Assembly (NCBI GenBank): GCA_000165345.1
Contig: CM000436.1
Location: 1,248,001-1,312,000, forward strand
Direction of reading: 5' to 3'
Length of the DNA stretch: 64,000 nt
Part shown: one piece after another, positions 31,866 to 42,100 of the stretch
Numbering within the stretch: position 1 is the first letter of the stretch
Layout: each line of letters opens with the position of its first letter
Program-made: the position numbers and the translations under genes
The notes under the pieces: generated by a model
What the model was told of the DNA's origin: nothing
Seen by the model: only the letters and a program-made list of their open reading frames with translations
Databases searched by the model: none

Positions 31866-32928
31866 ATGACTGTGAATCCCGCATTTATTCCAAAGGAATT
31901 AACAGATGTTTATGCACCTGGAAATTATGACTCAAATTGCAGTATTTTAGCATGCAACTTCCCTACAGGAACAAGCGTAGAAGAATGCTCAAATTTCATG
32001 TCATGGATTGGTCCAGTAGTTTTTGTAGAGGAAGGCCCCTCTCTGCAAAGGGAGGCTAATTTTATTGTAGTTTATTCCAAGCCAGAGTTTGCTGTCAAGG
32101 CTACGCAGGAAGAATTAGTATTTAATGAGGGTTGCAGGGTCCATTGCAGATTTGTGGATGCGAAACCTACAGTATGGGGAAATATCACAAACTTTTTCCA
32201 GGGAATAGACCAACAATATGGAGCGTCAGACCAAATTTCTAACTTTATCAACGATACTGCAGGTATGTTTTCTTTATTCGAAAATGCCTATTTAGGATTA
32301 GTGCTGGTTTTAGTGCTCGAATTAGTGTTCAAATTGAAATTGGGAGTGGTAAGTCTAAATATAAAATGCCTCCATTAATGGCTCAGTAAATCTTAATATT
32401 AAGTATGAGATCCTTGCTATTCCAAGACCAAACCATTCTCTGTAATCTCTATTATGATTACTGAATTTGTGAATGTGATTTGTTCCATCCATAGCAAATA
32501 ATAAGACCTTTAAAGTTCAGATATTTGGGGCCGATTTTCTTCTGATGAATATTATTGTCTGAAGAAAGTTCCTATATTGGACAAAGTCTCTTACTATTTA
32601 GTGATCTCAATCTTGGAATGTTTAAATAAAATTCCTCAAATACTGGCCTTCTTAATTACAAATCCTAATTCGAGGCTAAAACCCTTATATATCCTGAATT
32701 AAAGCATTTCCCACATTTCTTTTATTTAACTTTAACTAACCTCTTTCTTTTATTAAATTATAAATAGCACCTGCATTTTATTCTACTAGTAATCAAGTCA
32801 ATGAGGGAATCCAAAATATCCTTTCTTCTGACGTTTCAAACCAAATGGCTCAAGGATTTTCTAATTTCTCCAACCAAATCAAAGAATCTGTCGCATATGC
32901 AACTAATTCTTTATATTCTCCAATGTAA
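31866..32928 (+). CDS. Hypothetical protein with a Nup35/Nup53-type RRM-like domain. Tentative two-exon model: 31866..32262 and 32768..32928.
   Basis: Exon 1 is track ORF 31866..32378 up to DTAG, followed by a GTATGT donor at 32263. SNCSILACNFPTGTSVEECSNFMSWIGPVVFVEEG...NFIVVYSKPEFAVKATQEELVFNEGCRVHCRFVD is patterned like the Nup53 RRM. The corresponding Nup53 segments are [25 protein letters not shown]...NWMHIRYQSKLQARKAL...GESIMIGVKPC. The unspliced read-through tail (LVLVLVLELVFKLKLG...) looks non-native. The proposed 505-nt intron is long for this genome, and the 54-aa second exon is unverified. Confidence 0.35.
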
Positions 32929-32975
32929 AGAAATGTGAACTCTTTACTTGACTAAATTCTCCTTATTTGTCCAAA

Positions 32976-33999
32976 TTAAGGATAGCTTTTGCTTTTGTAA
33001 AAGTCAAAAATTAATAATATCAATGCAGCTATGATGTTGAAGCACATCAAATAGAACTGATAACTGAAAATAATAGTAATATATGTTTGTTAACTTCTTG
33101 ATAATATATTTTTCTATTAATTCAAACTTACCCTCTGGCTCCATATGCTTCTTCCATCTTTTCTAAGTAAATCTTTGACTCATCCAGATAGTCAACTGCA
33201 TCATTTGCATCTGCTAATATTGTTGAACAAATCTCTGATTGCTCCTGTATTTTTGATGAGAAAAAGCTCATCAGAGATGAAATCTCGTGTAACTGGTTTT
33301 GAGACTCTCTTAAAGCATCCAAGTCAGAAGTAAAATGATTAAGCAATTCTTGAGCGGCTTTCTCCATTTCTGGGGTTAATTCATCCATTCCTGGATCAAG
33401 ATCCTGATCATGATCTAGACTTCCATCATATGAATTATAGCTTTTCTGATCCAAGCTAGAATAATCTATTCCAGCTAATTCTGAGCTAAGATTACTTTTT
33501 CTTTCCCTAGTTTTAAACTTTTGACTCTTAATATACTGAGCTTCGAGCCTCTTAGCCATTCTGGATTGTGCTTGAGATGCTAGCTCTCCTAACAAAGTAT
33601 AAATATTAGAAATTATCATTCTTCTATAAGGATACCTATTTTCATCTTCTTTATTGCTTTCTTCTTGAGTGTTCAATTCTTCTTCTAACTTTAACATTTT
33701 GCTCTGGCAAAACTGAACCTTTTCTGACAAGGAAGAACATTTTTTTTCTTCATTATGTTCACTTTTTTTAGATATAATAGAATCCAAGTCCATTATATCC
33801 CCTTCATCAAGTTCTTTCTTCAATACAATTATATCACTACACTAATTTACTATTTAAACAAAAATCTCTAAAATCACTAATTTTAACTTACTATTTCGTT
33901 CACATCCTTCATAAATTGTGAAATGCTAATATCAATCATCTCAAATTCCAGAGGGTTTGCCCCACTCAATCTTCTGAATTCCTGAGTTCGATCAAACAT
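32976..33999 (-). CDS. Syntaxin 5 / Sed5-like Qa-SNARE. Three-exon model: 33892..33999, 33132..33841, 32976..33063.
   Basis: Exon 1 (ATG at 33999) encodes MFDRTQEFRRLSGANPLEFEMIDISISQFMKDVNEI. The DRTxEF motif is the Sly1/SM-protein-binding N-peptide of syntaxin 5. A GTAAGT..TTAG intron spans 33842..33891. Exon 2 is track ORF 33128..33823, extended 18 nt upstream to 33841. It ends in a SNARE motif, LHEISSLMSFFSSKIQEQSEICSTILADANDAVDYLDESKIYLEKMEEA, with the glutamine layer in IQEQSE. The GTAAGT donor at 33131 coincides with the apparent stop. Exon 3 supplies the tail anchor YQFYLMCFNIIAALILLIFDFYKSKSYP-stop. The product is about 301 aa. Confidence 0.7.
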
Positions 34000-34380
34000 G
34001 TTTGCTGCTTTAGCTCTAAAAAAAAATAGCTGCTAGAGTATCAATGAATAACTATTTATTTCAAAAAGATTAAAATAATTTCAGTTAAAAATCATTAATG
34101 TGCTGGATTGTTATTCAAACATTCATTATTTCTTCAAATTTATTCACACTTTTTTTCCAAAAAAAAAATTTTATTTTTTTTTTTATTAATTATTCGATAC
34201 CACTATGCCGGTATATAATAATATTCGATACCTAATATTTTAAATTTTTTTTTTTAATATGCATTGCATAAAAAAGTAAAAAAGATGAAATCGATTAATT
34301 TAATAATTAAGTTAAGTTTGTTTGGAAGTAATTCCCTATAATAGTAATTAAAAATAAGAATTAATTAACATAAGCAAAAA

Positions 34381-35745
34381 ATGAGAAGAAGCTCATTTAG
34401 TAGATCCCCTTCTCCGGAAGTGAGAAGTCCAATGGATTCACTTAAAAAAGAGTCAATTTCTGAAATCACATCTCTAACTAAAGCAGATCAAGAAAACAAG
34501 ATTTTAATTGTTGAAACAAAAGAACAGAAAAATTCATTAATTAACGAACCCGTATTAGCATCTAGCCAAGATAACTTGGAATGCAAAGACGAAATAAAGC
34601 AAGAAATTATGAAAAAGGATAATAAAATAGAACAGAATATTGATTTTGAGGAAATTGATGATATCTTTGCGTCAGATACTGAAGAATCTAAATCAAAATA
34701 TATTAAACCATCAGGGAACCCAGGTTACAATAAAAGATTAGAATGTGACGATGATGATGGATATTACGTGAGCTATATTGGAGAAATTATTGGAAACAGG
34801 TACAAAGTCTCCAGTAATAGCACTGGTAAAGGTATGTTTAGCAGTGTTGTTAAATGTGTTGATATGGAAACTCAAAATGAAGTAGCTATCAAGATTATTA
34901 GAATTAACGATATGATGAGAAGTACTGGAGAGAAAGAGTATTCATTTGTTAAAAAGTTTAAAGGGGCTCCAAATATTGTCCAGGTTCAAGGAACATTTAT
35001 GCATCAAAACCACCTTTGTATAGTCTTTGAGTGGTTACATGGATCCTTGAAAAATTGTATCCACCATTTTTCCAAACATAACATTAGAAAAACACAAGAT
35101 TTGGCCTTCCAAATATTCCAGGGATTGAAAATAATTCACGAGAAAGGCTTGGTACATGCGGACCTTAAGCCAGAAAATATCTTAATAGACTCTGAAAGGA
35201 AAACCATAAGAATTAGTGATTTTGGAAGTATGCACTTTACAACAGATGCCTCCCCTGCATGTTACTTAGTTAGTAGATTCTATAGAGCTCCAGAAATTAT
35301 TTTGGGATGTATATCTTATGGACAGCCTATTGACATCTGGAGTATTGGTTGTGTACTTTATGAGTGTTTTACTGGAGATATTATGTTCAAAGGAAGAACA
35401 AATAATGATATGATCAAGCTAATTATGGAGTACAGAGGAAACTTTCCAAAAAGGCTTCTTAACCAAGGAGTATTCACAAAATCCCATTTTTCTGAGTGTT
35501 TGACGCAATTCAAATGGATCAACACACAAGGAATGTTACAAATTATTAAGAATTATACTGCAAACAAAAATATATACAATAATTTAATGGATTCAGTCAA
35601 ATCCTCTAATATCGTTTACTCTGAAACTGAGCAAACTCTTATTCGGAGACTCTCCAATCTTATTGAGAAATGTCTTATTATTGACCCTAAAAAGAGAATC
35701 TCTGCAAAGGAAGCTCTGGAACATTCCTTTTTTCAACTCAAGTAG
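34381..35745 (+). CDS. PRP4-type CMGC protein kinase (pre-mRNA processing kinase PRP4/PRPF4B-like)
   Basis: The kinase core has HADLKPENILI and DFG. The activation and P+1 region ACYLVSRFYRAPEIILGCISYGQPIDIWSIGCVLYECFTGDIMFKGRTNNDMIKLIMEYRGNFPKR closely follows PRP4K YLVSRFYRAPEIILG...[39 protein letters not shown]. Confidence 0.7.
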   Translation: MRRSSFSRSPSPEVRSPMDSLKKESISEITSLTKADQENKILIVETKEQKNSLINEPVLASSQDNLECKDEIKQEIMKKDNKIEQNIDFEEIDDIFASDTEESKSKYIKPSGNPGYNKRLECDDDDGYYVSYIGEIIGNRYKVSSNSTGKGMFSSVVKCVDMETQNEVAIKIIRINDMMRSTGEKEYSFVKKFKGAPNIVQVQGTFMHQNHLCIVFEWLHGSLKNCIHHFSKHNIRKTQDLAFQIFQGLKIIHEKGLVHADLKPENILIDSERKTIRISDFGSMHFTTDASPACYLVSRFYRAPEIILGCISYGQPIDIWSIGCVLYECFTGDIMFKGRTNNDMIKLIMEYRGNFPKRLLNQGVFTKSHFSECLTQFKWINTQGMLQIIKNYTANKNIYNNLMDSVKSSNIVYSETEQTLIRRLSNLIEKCLIIDPKKRISAKEALEHSFFQLK

Positions 35746-38700
35746 TTAATTACAAAAATTTATATTTTCATTTCTAGTATTTTCTTTTCTTCTACCTCTG
35801 TTTCCAATCTTATTCAATTCAATAACCTTAGATTCTTCTTTACTCCTAACACTCTCTTCAAATTCTAAACACATTCTTCTGATATTTTCATCATTAATTT
35901 TCAATATAAAGTTCGTATCCAACTTGGGTTCGTTTAAGTTCTTAAATGATTGATTTTGGTCAAGATCGTAAAAACCATCTGAAAATTCAGAATCCTTTAG
36001 AATCATCCTAAAAATGTTCCATTCCAAACTTTGAATATCCTGATCCTTAAGATCCACTTTTAAGTAGCAATAAATATGAGACAGAATTCTTTTCAAGTCT
36101 AGTTTTTTAATATGTTTTGGGAATCTTAAATAAAGCAAATAGAGTGACAAAAGACCATATATATTCGAATAAGATACTAGTTCAGAATCGTCTTTACTCT
36201 CTCCCAAATACTCAGTTCCTTGTCTTAGAAGTAAGATGCCAAAAATAAGAAGTTTGTTTGCATTTTTTGAATACCCAGAACTCCAAGCTGTAATTCCAAC
36301 TCTTTCGCAAATCCTCTCCAATAAACCGTAAAGAGAGATTGTAAAGTTCTTAAGATGTTGAGAACTTAAAGTAATATAAGTTGAAAACAAATATATCAAC
36401 ATTTGTTTATCTCCAGAAGATTTTACCAAATCTTTTATGTTAATTAACAAGTCAACTGAAAATATTTCTGAAATTGAGATTTGGTCCTGTGTAAGAACTT
36501 TTCTTGGACTTAAAGAAATGAAATTCTGAGGTTCCACTAAAACATCAAACTCATCCAAAGTACCTGTCATATAAGTTAAATAAAGTAATGAAATTAGAAT
36601 TTCAATCGAAAATTGAGTTTCTTTAGTACTTTCTCTTAAACAAAGTAGAATCCTTGCAACTCCTCTAAGTGAAATGGAGGAAAGTCTGTGGGTAGAAATG
36701 GCTGAACCACATGCAAGTTCCCAAATGCTATGCAAACCTTTGAGAATTTCAGAATTCAACTCTAAAGTTCCTTTTTTTTTCATTTGTCTAATCATAATAA
36801 TATCTACAATTGATGATACGTATACCTCACAAAGTACTGAAACATAGAGAATAACTGATTGATTTGTACTGTTAGATTCATTAGATACATCTTGAGAGAG
36901 CTCATGCAAAGCATTTTCCAGACCTTGGATGAAAAAAAGTAAATTATCATTTTCACCATCACTCAAGTATTCATAAGGTGAAGATCTTTCCTGGATAATA
37001 GTAATTAGTGCAGTAGATCTGGCAAGTAAGATCTGGGGGATTCCCTGGTCTTGTGAGTGTCTCACAAAGAACTTGGTTGATTGCTTTAAGATATCCTCTG
37101 TCCAATAAGTTGAATCTTTAATTTCTGCGTGTGTTAGAATAGACATTGCTGCTTCAAGGATAAATAAAATCCTCATCCATCTACTTTCAACTATCTCTTT
37201 TAGAAGCTGATATGCAGAAAATGACTCATCTGACTCTTTAATTTCCATTTGAGAATCCAGACAATCAATTAAATCCTTCATCTTATACATATTCAACTCA
37301 GCCTTTGATCCTTGTCCATTTTCTTCAACAGGGTTCAAAATCTCCTCAATTATTGTCTGAATTGCTTCTAAGAATTCATTATTATCTAGACAGTCATCCA
37401 ATAGCTTTAAGGAAGCCCAAATTACTGATCTATGTAAAAAGTAAGCCACCCACTCACCTCCCTCAGATGATCTTATTATTGACTCAAGTGGAATTAGTTC
37501 TGATTCTAAAAGTTCTACAGAATCATCAAAAGGAGTGAACTTAAGACAGTTCAAAGCAAGGGTTTTAATTGTTCTTCTGACTTCAGGATCGGTCTTATCT
37601 ATACAATTCATTATCAAAAGTATTTGACGAATCAAAAAAGAATTGTTTGAACTTTTTGAAATGGATAAAATCAAATTTTCAATGCTAAATTTTTCGTCAT
37701 TCTCCAAATCTAATTCTTTCCTGTAGCACTCAACCATTACTCTAATAGAAAGTATATTGCTGGGTTTTAATTCAGAAATTAAAATTGGAAGGTCCGTATT
37801 GTTGGATTTTTCTTCATTTTCTTCTTTAAATAAAGATAGGAAGAAGTCTTGAATACTTTGTTGGTTTTGTCTCAATATTTTAGGAATTAGTAATTCTGTA
37901 ATAGCTTCCAAATTAGCAGCAGTTATATCCAAAGAATTGTCCGTAGAAATTGAATCAATCATTTTGTCCAAAAATGATATAAATGCACTGGAATTGAAAG
38001 TACCTGCTCCAAAGATTCTTCCTATAAACTCAAGAATAAAATGTAAACATGAATTCCTTACAGAAGGTTCTCTATCATTAAGTCCAAAGTGACAAATAAT
38101 TACTATGTGAGACCAAGAAATAGTTCCTGGGATCATCTTTGCAAAATCTTCCAAGTTTCTAAGTAAAATTTTATAAAATGCTTTTCTGACTTTGTTATTT
38201 TCATCCAACATCCTGGAAAGAAGATTATTAACTTCAACATCATTCAAAAATCTTAATTGAAGGCAACTTAAAGACTTCAGCCTCTCAGTTTGGCTTTGAG
38301 AATTCATAATCATTTTCATTAAATAATCCTTGCCATTAGAAATCAACCCCAAAGTTGAAATTGCTATACTCTTAACCATCATTGACTTATCTTTCAAAAC
38401 TATTTGATATAATACCTGACAAATATAGCTCACCTCCAATCCAAACTTTGTCATATCTTCAGTTCCTAACAATTTTATCATTAAATTTATACCCTCAAGT
38501 GCATTCACTCGGACTCCCAAGTCTTTAGCTAATATTCCTTGTAGCAATAAATCCTCTAATATTGTCTTTGAGAAACCACTAAAAGGGTGGCAACTCTCTT
38601 TCTCTATGTTAAATCCAAACTCAAGTAATAAACTAAAAGTAGAGTAAATATTTTGCTCTCTCAAATTGAAGTCTTTGAGAGCAAAAGCCAAAGTATTGAT

Positions 38701-38805
38701 CAAAATTTCCCTCGAGTCATCTCCATTTAAAACCTTTCCCAACTCAGAAATTGCCTCAGATTTGTCAAGAATCCCCTTCTGGAACTCCTTTAGTATTTTT
38801 TCCAT
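35746..38805 (-). CDS. Large HEAT/ARM-repeat protein, possibly a condensin non-SMC (Cnd3/NCAPG-like) subunit. The true ATG is probably at 38805; the track start at 38907 is GTG.
   Basis: About 1020 aa of repeating helical hairpins. GLNDREPSVRNSCLHFILEFIG recalls a condensin Cnd3-type HEAT motif, but the assignment is weak. The stop codon directly abuts the PRP4K stop on the opposite strand. Confidence 0.35.
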   Translation of the reverse strand: MEKILKEFQKGILDKSEAISELGKVLNGDDSREILINTLAFALKDFNLREQNIYSTFSLLLEFGFNIEKESCHPFSGFSKTILEDLLLQGILAKDLGVRVNALEGINLMIKLLGTEDMTKFGLEVSYICQVLYQIVLKDKSMMVKSIAISTLGLISNGKDYLMKMIMNSQSQTERLKSLSCLQLRFLNDVEVNNLLSRMLDENNKVRKAFYKILLRNLEDFAKMIPGTISWSHIVIICHFGLNDREPSVRNSCLHFILEFIGRIFGAGTFNSSAFISFLDKMIDSISTDNSLDITAANLEAITELLIPKILRQNQQSIQDFFLSLFKEENEEKSNNTDLPILISELKPSNILSIRVMVECYRKELDLENDEKFSIENLILSISKSSNNSFLIRQILLIMNCIDKTDPEVRRTIKTLALNCLKFTPFDDSVELLESELIPLESIIRSSEGGEWVAYFLHRSVIWASLKLLDDCLDNNEFLEAIQTIIEEILNPVEENGQGSKAELNMYKMKDLIDCLDSQMEIKESDESFSAYQLLKEIVESRWMRILFILEAAMSILTHAEIKDSTYWTEDILKQSTKFFVRHSQDQGIPQILLARSTALITIIQERSSPYEYLSDGENDNLLFFIQGLENALHELSQDVSNESNSTNQSVILYVSVLCEVYVSSIVDIIMIRQMKKKGTLELNSEILKGLHSIWELACGSAISTHRLSSISLRGVARILLCLRESTKETQFSIEILISLLYLTYMTGTLDEFDVLVEPQNFISLSPRKVLTQDQISISEIFSVDLLINIKDLVKSSGDKQMLIYLFSTYITLSSQHLKNFTISLYGLLERICERVGITAWSSGYSKNANKLLIFGILLLRQGTEYLGESKDDSELVSYSNIYGLLSLYLLYLRFPKHIKKLDLKRILSHIYCYLKVDLKDQDIQSLEWNIFRMILKDSEFSDGFYDLDQNQSFKNLNEPKLDTNFILKINDENIRRMCLEFEESVRSKEESKVIELNKIGNRGRRKENTRNENINFCN

Positions 38806-39181
38806 CTCAATTGGATCAGACTTTCTTGCTTTCTTAGTAATTATTCGCTTCCAAGTGAAGTTTGGGTTCGAGCTAATGCCAATAGATGAACATGCAGTTC
38901 TTCCCACTTAAGTTGATCGACTTACCCAAAAAACTGTCAAATAAATAAATTCTTAATTTTCAATTTTCCCTACTATTTGATACTCAAGACTCATTCTTTA
39001 TATCAATTGATTTCTTTTTTTTTTTTTTATTTGTTTCATTAACATGTTTTATACTAGTACCATTAATACCGGTATAAAGACAATACGCATGCAAACAAAA
39101 ATCATTGTGGTTAAGTTTGGAAAGAAAAAATGAAAAGAAATAAACAAGTTGTAACAGAAAAGTTCTAAAAAAGTATCTTTC

Positions 39182-42100
39182 TTAAAGCATTATTAATTCT
39201 TCAGTTATGCATTTGCACTCTGAAAGCTTGTTTTCGCAGTTAGTGCAAATAGGTAGTTGAGGGGAATTCTCATCCAGAATATGGTTATCAAATAGTTTGG
39301 GAATATTACATTTAGTATGAAAACTGAGATCCATTATCACTTTTGAAAGCATTCTTCTGGTGGAATTGCTAGAAAAATGCTTTTCTCCCAAAGTGTATGG
39401 AGTTGTGAAAATTGAATAAGGTACTTTTGCATTGAAGTAGTATAGATTTGTAGATCTTTCAAATGAATGAAATTCAGTATTTTCAATAAGGATGATGAAA
39501 TCCCTATAGTCGAGCTCTCCAGAATTTATGAATGCTCTCTTTAATTTATTGTTAACCCTCTCACACATTCTTAAATCTGAATCGTGAGATCCCATAGAAT
39601 GCACTCTAACAAATACCTTTGATCCCATAGAAGTGAGTAAAAGTACTTTGAATTCAAAACAGTGTTCAAATCCTCTTTTTCTCTCTTCAATTTGATATAC
39701 CTGAAGAATAAGTCCCAAAATACGTATTGGCCACCCTCCCTTACAGTTAATGATATTCTCTGGGTCATTTTCAAATGTTAAAACTGGCCTTTTTACAAAA
39801 TCAATTACTCTAGTAAGGATAATATCATCATTAACTCTTTTCTTTGCAGTTAAAGAAGTTTTTGGAGATGGAACTAATTTGGAGAATGAACATCCTAGGC
39901 TTCTTATTGTACTATTTTTAATAACTTTCATCCAAGAAAGTCGAATTACAGTCCCTGGTTTAATGCTCGTAATTTCGTCAATATCCATACCTGAAGGAAG
40001 AGTTAATATAGAGCAGTTATTAATTAATTCAAACATATCTATTTTTTGTTGATTTCTTTCCTTAAGATTCATAAACTTCCAGTAATCTAAAACAAGTAGT
40101 TTTGATTCTAAAGATATTTTCCTTCTCTTAGTATTTTCAATAGGAGAATCTTGTGAATCTGATTCTGGCTGTTGTAAACTTTTTTCATACATTTCATAGA
40201 TTTCATTATTTATTGAAATATCCATTTCATTTTGGTCTCTTGTAATAAAAATTCTTTTATTATCATCTTGTAAAGTTTCTATCATCTCTTTATAGCAAAT
40301 TGGAAATATGTGAATAACTATTACCTGGACCAAAAAAGATAAACCTCCTCCTTTATCCATGCTACTATGCCTTTTCTCGTTATCATTTGGTTCCCTTGAA
40401 ATAATGGAGATTTCTGAGCTATTTAAAAGTTTTGAAATCCTAAAAAGAAGTGGTTTTAAATGGAATCCAAGTTTAAATCCAGATAATTTTCTTATCGGTC
40501 TAACCAAATTGATTCCATAAATCATTAATGGAAAATCCTGAGTTGAAGCTTCTATTTCCAATGGATGTCCATGTTCTATATTAGAATTTAACCAGTTACC
40601 ACCACACAAAAAAATATTTCTAGGCATATTCTGAATCAAAGATTTAATTAAAGTAATGTTTGTGAGTATCTTTACTATATACCATCCATCTGTACATAAC
40701 ATGATTCTATTTGTATTGGAATCATTAAATTCATCTAATCCGACTTTGTCAGTATAACTTAATATTCTTAAATTTAAAGGTGCAGATACAGTGAAATCTC
40801 CCTCGCATATTTTTATTAGAGAAGATCTCTTTGCATCAAAAAATTCAATGATTGCTCTTTTGCAAATTCTTCTAAGAATTCTTTGTATTGAAGGATACTT
40901 TATTTGTGCTAAATTTGAAAAAAGTAATTCTCTAGTCTTGTCAATTGAATTAAATCCATTAAATTCTTTAATAAATGCTTTAATAGTAGTTTTAATTTTC
41001 CTTGACCAGTTTAAACATTCTTCATATAGAATTAGCATATACTGAACTTCGAGCCACCTCTGTCTGTACCGAGACATATTACTTGGAAATATTGGGAATT
41101 GAATAAAGAAATTCTCAATCTCGTCACAAATCATCCTAAAATCTACTTCAATATACTTTCCTTTAGAATCATCTGTTTCTTTAGTATCTTTTAAGAGAAA
41201 AGTGTACTTCTTCAAAGTTTCTAACGAATGATCAATCAAAATTAATGTTGGTGGAATTACCTTTCTCGATTTTAAACATGCTAATGAGTATTGAATACTA
41301 TCATATCTTTTGAAAAACTTGGGTATAACTAATTCTTCCCTAGTTAGCTTTCTATTCTTTTTATTTAAAGTATTTTCATAATTATTTCTTTGTAATAAAT
41401 TGGGATACATATTACTTTTTGTTTTTCCCAAAACATTGCATCCGATTCCTAATTTTGCATCATCCTTTAATGATTGTTTTATCGTTTCTTTGACTGAAGT
41501 TATACTAGCATTTTCTATTTCACTTTCAAACCCTCCTACCAGTTTCTTTGCTTTGTTTAGGCTTTCCTCATCTATCGATACCTTTTTTCCACTACCAGTG
41601 GAAAATGAAATGGACATGTTACCTCCAATTGGTGATCCTCCTGAAGGGGACCCTCCTACTAGTTTCTTGGCTCTATTTAAACTTTCCTCATCTATCGATA
41701 CGCTTTTTCCACTGGCTGTGGAAAACGAAATAGGAATGTTACGACCAATTGGTGATCCTCCTGAAGGAGAACCTCCTACTATTTGCTTAGCCCTACTCAA
41801 GCTCTCTTCAGTGATTGATACCTTTTTTCCGCTCCCAGTGGAAAATGAAATGGACATGTTACCTCCAATTGGTGATCCTCCTGTAGGGGACCCTCCTACT
41901 AGTTTCTTGGCTCTATTTAAACTTTCCTCATCTATCGATACACTTTTTCCACTGGCTGTGGAAAACGAAATAGGCATGTTACGACCAATTGGTGATCCTC
42001 CTGAAGGAGAACCTCCTACTATTTGCTTAGCCCTACTCAAGCTCTCCTCATCTATCGATACCTGTTTTCCGCTCCCAGTGGAAAATGAAATGGGAAAGTT

